Origin: Chlorokybus atmophyticus
Taxonomy: Eukaryota > Plantae > Mesostigma and Chlorokybus algae
Length of the DNA: 64,000 nucleotides
Assembly: GCA_009103225.1 (NCBI GenBank)
Contig: RHPI01002888.1
Span: 1 to 64,000, forward strand
Direction of reading: 5' to 3'
This document shows positions 1 through 8,358 of the stretch, piece by piece. Below the pieces are notes generated by a model, which searched no databases, was not told the DNA's origin, and saw nothing but the letters and a program-made list of their open reading frames with translations. The translations under genes and the position numbers were made by a program. Positions within the stretch are counted from its first letter, which is position 1; the number at the start of each line of letters is the position of its first letter.

Positions 1-3000
1 ATCCGCATCCTGGTTGGCAAGGCCTGCGCGGTGTTCCACCTCGAAGTCGTACTCCTGGAGCAGCAGCGCCCATCGTGCTAACTTTGCTGTCAAGTGCTGG
101 TTGTTCATTAGCCACTTGAGGGGTTGATGGTCAGTGACCAGTTGGAACTGCCGTCCAAACAAAAAGGGTCGGAAGAAGGAGATGGCCCACACTGCGGCGA
201 GGCACTCCCCTTCGTAGCTGCTGTAGTTGGCCTCAGCACTGTTGTTGCTGCGGCTGGCGTACGACACTACGCGCTGCTTCTTGTTGTTGTCATGCTGTAC
301 GAGCACGGCCCCCATGCCGAGCTTGCTCCAGTCTGTGTGCAGGATGAACGACCTGGTGTAGTCCGGGCGTTGCAGAATGGGAGCTGTGGTGAGGCGGAGC
401 TTCAGTTCCTGAAAGGCCTCCTGTTGTGCCTCCTTCCACACGAACTCGGTGTCCTTCTTCAGTAGTTCGTTGAGAGGCCTTGCGATCTTGGCAAAGTCTT
501 TGACAAACCGTCGGTAATAGTTGGCAAGGCCGAGGAAGGCCCGCAGCCGCGTGAGGTCTGTGGGGGCAGGGATAGCCACCAGTGCTTCCACTTTGGCCTG
601 CTGTACGTACACACCATGGGGCACAATCATATGTCCTAGGTAGGGTACCTTGTGGGTGAAGAAGGTGCACTTGTCAGGGTGCACCGTCATCCCGACTTCC
701 TTCAGCCTCTGTAGCACCTCTTCGATGTGCTGGAGATGCTCCTCATTGCTGTGACCGAAGATGAGGATGTCGTCGATGTAGCAGCGCGCGAAGTCCAACC
801 CCTTGAGGGCTTTGTCCATGACGCGCTGGAACTTGGCCGGAGCGTTCTTTAGTCCGAAGGGCATGACCTTCCACTGGTACAGCTGCCGGTTTCCCCAGAA
901 GGAAGTCTTGTGCTTGTCCTCCTCCTTGATGGGGATCTGGTTGTACCCTTGGCGCATATCCAGGATACTATAGACCGTGCAGTCTCCTACATCGTCAAAG
1001 ATGCCTTCTGCGGTAGGCATTGGATACCTGTCCTGCTTGGTCTTGTTGTTGAGGGGGCGATAGTCGCCACACATGCGCCGGTCTGTCCAGTTGCCTGCTG
1101 AATCTTTCTTCAGGGGCATGACGGTCGCGGCCGCAAAGTCCGATGTGGACTCCTCGATCAGGCCTGCATCTAGCAGCGCCTTGCACCTCTGTTCCACCAA
1201 GTCTTCTTCTAGCTTGGAGAGGCGGTACTGTCTTCTGAACACCGGTTCGGTGTCCACTAGTTCAATGTCCATCTGGTATGCTGAGCAGATGCCCAGCTCC
1301 TTCACACTGAAGCTGAATTGGCTCCTCCACTTGTTGAGGAGAGCCTCGAGTTGCTCTCGAGTCTGGCCTGTGGCCAGCGGTCCAATGGCGTGGGACCACG
1401 AGGTAGCGTTGGCGACCACTGGAATGTCTTCCACAGTGACTGCTGCCTGCTCCTCCATGTGGGCGGTCTCGAGGGCGGTGTGTGCTGCTTTGGTCTCTGA
1501 AAAGCGAGCAATCCACCCCCCAGCCAGGTGTTCGAGCTCCTGGAAGGACACATGGCGGTCCTGGAGAGCAAAGCACATTTCCAAGTACCACACCATGCTG
1601 TTCTGATCCATGGCGCGCCCTAACAACTGACATTGTTGACTGGTTGTCAGCGTGGAGCCTGTGATGCTGCCTGGAAAGAATCCCATAGCACGCTCGCGCT
1701 CGCGGGCATTGGGTTCTTCCAGCTGTCTAATGTTGGAGTCCAACACCATGCCGTCGCCTGCATTGCGGAACGCGTAGGAGCCTGGATAGGATACAAGTGT
1801 GGGTAGTGCGCGGCGCGGCTGACCAGGCTGGTTGCACTGGTAGAAGTGGTGGCGGTCAAGGCGTGTGACCGGTTGCGCTGTGCGTCCAGGGTCCAGGATG
1901 TCATCGACGACGAGATTTCGTGGCCGATTGCTGTATAGGTACTCTGCCAGAAACAGGTCTTCCACAATGGCCAGGTTGGTCCACTTGGCGCGGACGCGGT
2001 GTGCACGAGATCCATGACGCGCGGCGTTGATTTTGAGAGGATGCCCCAGCAAGGAGCATACTTGCCGATAGGCCTTGGCGACGTGGTGCCGCTTGTCATC
2101 CTCGGAGTGCACATTCTCGATGATGTACCCCAAGGGCCTAGCGATCTGACTGATCTGTAGGAGTTTGATGACTCTCATTAGCTCCCAGAACAGCTGTGAG
2201 CGAGGATCAGAGAGCCCGTGGCCTCTGCCTGCCCTGGAGTGCCCTTGACACTCCCATCCTGCTATCAGCAGGTCAATGTTGCCGACTGCCTGCAGGTGAT
2301 CCTTGGTAATCCAGCGGATGTCCTGCGGCAGAGCCTTCTGGCTCCCTTGCAGTGCCGACAGCGGTAGCTGCTGCGGGTAGCGCTGGTGCAGCTGTCGTAA
2401 ATGATGGCTCAGAGCCTCCTGTGCATGAGGGTCAGGGTCACAGTAGAGGTACTTGGTGACTGTTGTTCCTGTGTTGAGGACAGCCGCAAGCCCACTGCCT
2501 ATGCCTCCGAACAGCTCCAGCACGGTGATGCCTTGTTGTCGGCGGAACATGTGGAACTCCACAACTCCCGTAGCTATGTGGTACTGCTCCTGCACTGTAG
2601 CCTGGTCTTTGTAGACAGGGAAGTGTGCAGTGAGCTGAGGCCTGGTCAGCAGCATGTGTGCTGCTACTTGTGCGCTCCAGCGACGCTCGGATGGCTCCTG
2701 AAAGGCCACTTCTTTGGTGACAGTCTCCTGAGACTCATCGTACGGTGTAGGGGAGTCCTCTTCAGCGTTTAGGCTCGGGCTCGAGCTCGTTGCAGTTGTC
2801 CTCGGCTGCGTTCGGGCACGAGGCACACGTGAGCTTTTTGTAAGACTGTAGGTGGCTGCTGCAGCCGATCTTCGTTGCGAGCGGTCCTTGGCCACCAGTT
2901 CGAGAGGTAGGAATCCCTGCTCCTCTCCATCGTCCTCATCCCAATGCGGTCGAAACCATGCCTGCTCAGTCCAGCAGTCCATCCCCATGCCGACAGGGAA

Positions 3001-6000
3001 GTTGCAGTCCTGTCCCAGCAGTAGGTCAAAGGACCCGGCATCGGTGACCACACACCTTTGTACAATCTCGGTGCTGTGGGAAGGGTTTAGTCCTGTGAGG
3101 CGGATGCTCACAGCCTGCTTGGTAAGGCCGAGCACCTTGTCGCGGTTGCCGGTTGCGGTGTCCAGCTGGTAGGGACAGGGAAGCAGCTCAGCGCTGGTGA
3201 TGCCGAGATCTCGTGCGAGGTAGCGCCCAATGATGACAGGCTGTGCTCCAGTGTCCAGCATCACGCGTTTGGGTGCCCGCCCATTGACGGTCACGTGCTT
3301 GCCTTGGTTGGCGATCATGGCTGCATTGGCGTTGATGCGCAGCCTCTTGAAGCGACGGAACCTCTTGCGTGGAGAGACTGTTGCTTTACTCTCATCTGCG
3401 GGGCCTGACCGTAGGGCAGCCAGGGCTCCTCTGCCTGATGGATCTTGTGGGCCTCCTTGTCCTCGGCTTTGTCCAAACCGTCCTTGTCGCGGTTGCTGGT
3501 ACACGCGTGGTGGCCTAGGCACTGGAGGTGCTGCTGCAACCTGTCCAAGTGGAGGTGCAGGAGGGTTGACCCTCTGTGCAGCTGTTGTCATGCCAGGAGG
3601 AGTGGCCAGTGGCTGTGGCGGGAACCCTGGAGGACCTGGTGTTTGCGGGACTGCCTCTCGTGCAGCCTGCTCCTCTGCATAGGTCCATCGCACAGCATGG
3701 GCTGCCTCTCTGACTAGTGTACCTTCCCATGTCGCCGTCGCATTGTTGTCCACGTCTATATAGCGATGGTTCTGAGGCATGGGCTGCAGGTACACTGCGC
3801 GTAGGAGCCGCGCTCTCATGTCGTGGGTGATGGTGGGCACCCTGAGGATCCCTGCCATGTAAGCATCCCATCTGCCGTTGACCACTCCCACTTCCAGCAC
3901 TGTTATTGCTCGTGTGCGTACAGTGAGCTGGGTCTCTGGCTGTTGGACATGCTGCTCGTAAGCAGTGGCGATGCGCCTGCGCTGACGTCCTGCCTCCACC
4001 CCTGGCAAACTCAGTATCGCCTCCAGAGCTCCCTCCAGAGTGTCAGTGGCGGCGGAAGCCACTTCATCATAGGCTTGCCGTATGGAGCGAAGGAATGCGT
4101 CCACCCACGCTATTCTGGCGCCGAAAGCGAACAACGGGACTGCGGGATGGTTGGTAACCAGCCACGTCACTAACCGTGCGCGTGCCGCGTTGCCACTGTC
4201 TCGCATCCCAAGCATCTGCCGCAGTCCGATGCCTTCTTGCCGATGCAGCATGGTTGCTTGTCGCAACAGAGCAGTGCGTAGTTGTTGCTCTCCAACCAGT
4301 CCTGCTCCATCTCTTTGTGTACACCCTTGTGGTGTAAGGTAGCCCCTTCCTGGCTCCCTTTGGTCCTCAGGTAGATCCTCCACCAGCGCAGGCAGCAACG
4401 GGGCGATCACCCCCCTGGTTTGTTGAGCCAACGCCTTCGCTTGGTCAGAGTTGGTCCCGACGAAGAGCGGAGTGGTGCTGGAGGATGGACCAGCAGTTGG
4501 TGACTGAGGTATTGGTGCACGTGTAGCTTCAAGAGCTTGTTCACGTGCAGCAATGGCGGCAGCTTGATCCTGTCGCCAATGATATGCTTGTTCCAGTGCG
4601 TGGTAGCGCTGATGAAGACGAGCGGTTGTAGGAGGTCCGAGTGCTTCATCAGTGCCCAAAGGCAGGTCGGCTGCGTCGGCGATTCGCTGCTGGATGGCGT
4701 CTCGGCGGTCCCGATACGTGTCCAACGGGCTGGGTTCAAAGGTGGTGGTTGGCATGCGTGCAGGCTGGCGCGGGGCGGTCTGCATGTTGTTGTGCAACGC
4801 CCAGAACAGCTGCAGAGCCAACTCCAACACTACAGGTGGGCTGTAGCTGATCAAAAACACCCTGTCACGCATCGGAGGTGCAGTGCCAGCAAGGATCTCA
4901 TCTTCTAACTGGTGTTGAGTGAGTGCTGGAAGGGTGTGAACCTCTGGTAGCGGGAAGACGCGATCATCGCGGGCGACACGCGTGGTGCGCTCCCCCCCCC
5001 GACCGAAGGCGATGGTAGTGGGGTCTGCTCCGCGCAGGATGGTTTCCCATGCTCGTTCAGCTTGCTGACCAGTTGGGACAGCCTGAGTGACGTCGAGAGC
5101 GGGCAGAGTGGCTGCGCGCGTCGCTGCAGAGACAGCGGGCTCGACGATGGCCATTGTGGCAGTTGCGACGGTATCGGTCGGTGGTGCGAGAGTTGTCTCA
5201 ACGCCTACGGACAGAGGCACTGCTGCAGTGGGAAGTGCACCGCCCACTGGTGCAGATTCGGTAGAGATGGCGGCTGCTGCCAGTGTGCTCACCAGCGTCG
5301 GCGTCACGGTGCCCACCGGTGTACCAGGTTGTGGTGCAACTAAAGTGGGTAATGCTGACGTTGATGGAGTCGACGTTGTAGCCGGTGTGGCTGTTGCTGC
5401 GGAGGCAGCACCACTGGTGGCTTCGGAGGAGGTGCCTGCTGATGTTGTTGCAGCTTCCCCTCGTGCTCGTCGTGATGGTTGCACGCGGGACGGAGTGTTC
5501 CTGTCTCTCTCGCGTTTTGCAGCCATCAGCGCCCATCGGGCCGTGTAGCAGGCGCGGTAGTCCTGCTCCTTGTCTTCCTCCAAGCGTGCTATATGTGCCA
5601 TGAGGGCTGCCATATGGTCATCAGCTGGTGGGTTGGCTGAAGCCTTGGCGGCAACAGCAGCAGCGCGCGGACGTGTCTCTGGTCCCTTACGCTGAGGAGG
5701 TCTGTTCTTCCCCCTGTAGCCTTGCTCTTCCTTGCGAGAACTGGCATTGTTGTTGTTGTTACTGCCACCAGCGTTGTTGCTGTTGTGGGCTCCAGTGTTG
5801 TTGCTGTTGTAGCCACTGAAGTTGTTGGCAGGGTGGTTGTAGCTGTTGGCGGGCCTCAACTCTGGGAACTTGAGCCAGCAGACTGATTCCAGATGACCAA
5901 TCTTGTGACAGTGGTCGCAAACCAAAGTTGAGTATTCTTCGGTGCACTCCTTTTGGTAGTGCCCATGCCGTCCACAGCGATGACACAGCACAGGGGCAGC

Positions 6001-7269
6001 AAGTGCAGCATGAGCTGACCGTTTCCCTTTGTCGCGTGCTGGTGGAGCGTCCCGGCCACGGTCGCGGCGAGGAGGCTCAGTTGTCGTGCTGACTACAGGC
6101 CGTACGGCGCTGCGGTTGGTGTCCAGCACTGCCTTCTCATACACCAAGCGCTTGTGGATGGCTTGTGCAGTCTCGAAGGCTTCTGTGAGGGTGTAGCCAA
6201 GGGGCCTGCTGTAGTTCAGAGTTAGGCGTGTCGACTCGCTCGGAGCAGCATCCAACTCATTGACGTACATTACTGCAGTAGCCTCCTCACTGACAATCTT
6301 GTAGTCAGTGTCCTTCAGCAGACCTTCCAGTCTGGAGTACAAGCGGAGGGGATCCTCATTGGGCTTGCGTCGGAAGCGTCTCAGCTCCTCAACCTTGCTG
6401 GTGGTCTGAGGAGGGAAGGTACGGCGCAGGGCAGCGTACAGGTCCTTGAGTGGAGAATCAGAGATGGCAGCACCTACGGTGATGGCTGGTGCGCGCAGTG
6501 CTACTGACCCGAGGGTGAAAGCGCTGCCTCCTGCACGAGAGCCAGGTGTTGCTGGAGGTAGAGGAGTACCCCACTCTGCGGCTGCCGCTTGCTGTACAGC
6601 TCTTTGTTCCTCAATGATGATGGCAGAACGGTCAAGGATGCGGACTCGACGTGTGGCCTCCTTGGACTCAACTTCTGCAGGGGTCAAGTTGACAAGTACC
6701 AACTCTGGTTCCTCCTCCTCTGCCTGCTTGAGAGCTGCAGCTATGGTCAAGCCTGTTACTGCAACTGAAGTGGCAGGTGGAACGACACCTGCTGGACGGT
6801 GCAGGGATGCAGATGCTATGGTGCTGGCAAGCTCGCCATAGCCGTCTACTCGATGCAGTTCAGCAACGGACTTCCAGACATCGTGTGCTTCATGATCAAG
6901 ATACTGAGCAGCAATGTGGAAAGAGATCTCATCTGACCAGTCTTTGTTCTTCAGTGCTTGCTGCCGCATCTTGGAGTGGAACTTGATGATGAACTCATCC
7001 AGCGAGGTGGTGCCGGCACGTCCGGAGAAGCGCAGGGATGTGGTTGAACTGGAAGATTCCATCTCGTTGTCGTCGCTGTCCGATGATAGTGGAGAAGCTG
7101 GATGACGAGGAGTAGAGTGGAGCGGGGTGAAGCTGGAGATGGAGCGCGAGCCTCTGCTGCTGCGGTCGATGCTTCCGTCACTGGTCCGCTCGTAGGTGAG
7201 GTTGGTGGTTGGGCTCCAACTGCTGAGGTCACCCTCGTCTATTGGGGAGAACGGGGTGGGCCTGCTCAT
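1..7269 (-). CDS. Gag-PR-DNMT-RT-RNaseH polyprotein, single open frame, at least 2423 codons, partial at the 3' end
   Basis: Manual scan of the minus frame (codons with top coordinate divisible by 3) found no stop from 7308 to 1. First ATG at 7269. Zinc knuckles CHRCGRHGHYQKEC (~5985-5944) and CDHCHKIGHLESVC (~5919-5878); protease Asp at 3255; YIDD at 780-769. Absent from the supplied ORF track, probably because it has no stop inside the window. Confidence 0.93.
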   Translation of the reverse strand, partial: MSRPTPFSPIDEGDLSSWSPTTNLTYERTSDGSIDRSSRGSRSISSFTPLHSTPRHPASPLSSDSDDNEMESSSSTTSLRFSGRAGTTSLDEFIIKFHSKMRQQALKNKDWSDEISFHIAAQYLDHEAHDVWKSVAELHRVDGYGELASTIASASLHRPAGVVPPATSVAVTGLTIAAALKQAEEEEPELVLVNLTPAEVESKEATRRVRILDRSAIIIEEQRAVQQAAAAEWGTPLPPATPGSRAGGSAFTLGSVALRAPAITVGAAISDSPLKDLYAALRRTFPPQTTSKVEELRRFRRKPNEDPLRLYSRLEGLLKDTDYKIVSEEATAVMYVNELDAAPSESTRLTLNYSRPLGYTLTEAFETAQAIHKRLVYEKAVLDTNRSAVRPVVSTTTEPPRRDRGRDAPPARDKGKRSAHAALAAPVLCHRCGRHGHYQKECTEEYSTLVCDHCHKIGHLESVCWLKFPELRPANSYNHPANNFSGYNSNNTGAHNSNNAGGSNNNNNASSRKEEQGYRGKNRPPQRKGPETRPRAAAVAAKASANPPADDHMAALMAHIARLEEDKEQDYRACYTARWALMAAKRERDRNTPSRVQPSRRARGEAATTSAGTSSEATSGAASAATATPATTSTPSTSALPTLVAPQPGTPVGTVTPTLVSTLAAAAISTESAPVGGALPTAAVPLSVGVETTLAPPTDTVATATMAIVEPAVSAATRAATLPALDVTQAVPTGQQAERAWETILRGADPTTIAFGRGGERTTRVARDDRVFPLPEVHTLPALTQHQLEDEILAGTAPPMRDRVFLISYSPPVVLELALQLFWALHNNMQTAPRQPARMPTTTFEPSPLDTYRDRRDAIQQRIADAADLPLGTDEALGPPTTARLHQRYHALEQAYHWRQDQAAAIAAREQALEATRAPIPQSPTAGPSSSTTPLFVGTNSDQAKALAQQTRGVIAPLLPALVEDLPEDQREPGRGYLTPQGCTQRDGAGLVGEQQLRTALLRQATMLHRQEGIGLRQMLGMRDSGNAARARLVTWLVTNHPAVPLFAFGARIAWVDAFLRSIRQAYDEVASAATDTLEGALEAILSLPGVEAGRQRRRIATAYEQHVQQPETQLTVRTRAITVLEVGVVNGRWDAYMAGILRVPTITHDMRARLLRAVYLQPMPQNHRYIDVDNNATATWEGTLVREAAHAVRWTYAEEQAAREAVPQTPGPPGFPPQPLATPPGMTTAAQRVNPPAPPLGQVAAAPPVPRPPRVYQQPRQGRFGQSRGQGGPQDPSGRGALAALRSGPADESKATVSPRKRFRRFKRLRINANAAMIANQGKHVTVNGRAPKRVMLDTGAQPVIIGRYLARDLGITSAELLPCPYQLDTATGNRDKVLGLTKQAVSIRLTGLNPSHSTEIVQRCVVTDAGSFDLLLGQDCNFPVGMGMDCWTEQAWFRPHWDEDDGEEQGFLPLELVAKDRSQRRSAAAATYSLTKSSRVPRARTQPRTTATSSSPSLNAEEDSPTPYDESQETVTKEVAFQEPSERRWSAQVAAHMLLTRPQLTAHFPVYKDQATVQEQYHIATGVVEFHMFRRQQGITVLELFGGIGSGLAAVLNTGTTVTKYLYCDPDPHAQEALSHHLRQLHQRYPQQLPLSALQGSQKALPQDIRWITKDHLQAVGNIDLLIAGWECQGHSRAGRGHGLSDPRSQLFWELMRVIKLLQISQIARPLGYIIENVHSEDDKRHHVAKAYRQVCSLLGHPLKINAARHGSRAHRVRAKWTNLAIVEDLFLAEYLYSNRPRNLVVDDILDPGRTAQPVTRLDRHHFYQCNQPGQPRRALPTLVSYPGSYAFRNAGDGMVLDSNIRQLEEPNARERERAMGFFPGSITGSTLTTSQQCQLLGRAMDQNSMVWYLEMCFALQDRHVSFQELEHLAGGWIARFSETKAAHTALETAHMEEQAAVTVEDIPVVANATSWSHAIGPLATGQTREQLEALLNKWRSQFSFSVKELGICSAYQMDIELVDTEPVFRRQYRLSKLEEDLVEQRCKALLDAGLIEESTSDFAAATVMPLKKDSAGNWTDRRMCGDYRPLNNKTKQDRYPMPTAEGIFDDVGDCTVYSILDMRQGYNQIPIKEEDKHKTSFWGNRQLYQWKVMPFGLKNAPAKFQRVMDKALKGLDFARCYIDDILIFGHSNEEHLQHIEEVLQRLKEVGMTVHPDKCTFFTHKVPYLGHMIVPHGVYVQQAKVEALVAIPAPTDLTRLRAFLGLANYYRRFVKDFAKIARPLNELLKKDTEFVWKEAQQEAFQELKLRLTTAPILQRPDYTRSFILHTDWSKLGMGAVLVQHDNNKKQRVVSYASRSNNSAEANYSSYEGECLAAVWAISFFRPFLFGRQFQLVTDHQPLKWLMNNQHLTAKLARWALLLQEYDFEVEHRAGLANQDAD
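1585..2535 (-). other. C5 DNA cytosine methyltransferase domain within the polyprotein
   Basis: Motifs in canonical order: I ELFGGIG (2517-2497), II YCD, III QDI, IV IAGWECQGHS (Cys 2250-2248), VI IIENV (2118-2110 for ENV), VIII AHRVR (R-V-R 1998-1990), IX ERERAMGF, X LLGRAMD (~1626-1606). Confidence 0.92.
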
Positions 7270-7777
7270 ACAGCTGGTCCAGAGGTGAAAGGGTAGAGTG
7301 CTTGTGCTCTACCGTCTATCCTGATGCTGTTACCACCCAACACACTAGTGCTTGTGCGCACTATGTGATGACAATGATAACGAATGCCCAGCGATGTATC
7401 CCTGGGTGCAGACTGCACTATCTGATGCAGATTGCAACACACTCACTTGTGCAAAGAGGGTGACACTGTAAGTCAACAAGCCACTACGATAGGTAGTGCT
7501 GTGGACACAGTTCTTTGCATGAGTGGATAGAATGATACACTGTTAAGTGAGGTGAATGAGTGTGCAACACGTGGATACAACACCCTGACTACTGAAACAA
7601 CACACCACCGTCAAGCTCACAGCAATGGCAGGCACAGCGCACAAGAGCATGCACCGTGTCTCACGCAGTAAGGGAATTCTTGGCAACCGGGGCAGCGTGC
7701 TTCCAGTTCAAGTCGCTTCACAAGCTCCTTAGAAACAGAGTCTTTACTTCTTGGTACTCCTAGTACTCACAGTACTC

Positions 7778-7785
7778 ACTTACAG
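7778..7785 (-). promoter_or_regulatory. Putative self-priming primer-binding site (CTGTAAGT)
   Basis: Directly abuts the LTR 3' end and lacks the TGG of a tRNA PBS. Exactly complementary to ACTTACAG at 8222-8215, which lies 32 nt downstream of the TATA-like motif. Confidence 0.6.
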
Positions 7786-8358
7786 TGTCACCAGCCAGTC
7801 TGGTGACGTGACTTCCTACTTATACATGTCAAATCATGACTGTGCAGTGCCACGCGGGCACTAGGCCAACGGTCACATCGAGGCCTCATGCTATTTCGGA
7901 AATCTCCTAAGACTTGATATAGCACATGTGTTCTTAACAGACTTGCAACTGATCAGCTACGCGCGGTCCCTACAGACAGGTCTATAAAGTAGCCCTAGCT
8001 ACAGGCTACATGAGTGATACAGTAGCTAGCAGTAGGCTGGGGCTCGCGCGGTCTTCATGCTGGTAGCCCTGGCGTGGGGCTGGGTGTAGGCATGCTTGAG
8101 AAGAACTGGCATGCGAGGGTAGATGGCATGACAACTTTCCCCAAGCAAATGGCTGATTGGCAACGAGGTAAGCACTGTGTGACACTGTGACACTGTGTGT
8201 AACGGATTGTTCTTCTGTAAGTAGCATTTGCAAGATGCTGTTGTTGATATTATAAACGGCCACTGGGTATAAAGCTACGTTTATTCCAAGGAGGACGCTA
8301 TTCGTAACGTCATGTGTCAGGTGCTGCGATTGCTTCGTGACCTCACAACACCGTGACA
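7786..8358 (-). repeat. 5' LTR of the DNMT-gypsy element (573 bp)
   Basis: On the minus strand it starts TGTCACGG (8358) and ends GGTGACA (7786), a terminal inverted TGTCAC...GTGACA. TATA-like TTTATAATA at 8256-8248. The partner LTR is outside the window, so the boundaries and TSD cannot be confirmed. Confidence 0.7.

Larger units (their letters stand above)
1..8358 (-). mobile_element. Ty3/gypsy LTR retrotransposon carrying a C5 cytosine methyltransferase (3' part beyond the left window edge)
   Basis: Minus-strand order: LTR, Gag zinc knuckles, protease (MLDTGAQPVIIG), MTase, RT (MPFGLKNAPAKFQR, YIDDILIF), RNase H (TDWSKLGMGAVL, NYSSYEGECLAAVW, TDHQPL, LQEYDFEVEHR). RT-RH follows the protease region with no integrase before it, which is the gypsy order. 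Confidence 0.95.

Noticed and set aside
124-7463. Many short plus- and minus-strand ORFs in the supplied track over the retroelement
   Set aside because: Shadow frames of the single long Gag-Pol ORF; none has recognisable motifs.
7300-7800. tRNA-complementary (TGG...) primer-binding site
   Set aside because: No TGG-starting tRNA complement follows a CA-ending boundary. The TGGTGACA seen is the LTR terminus itself.
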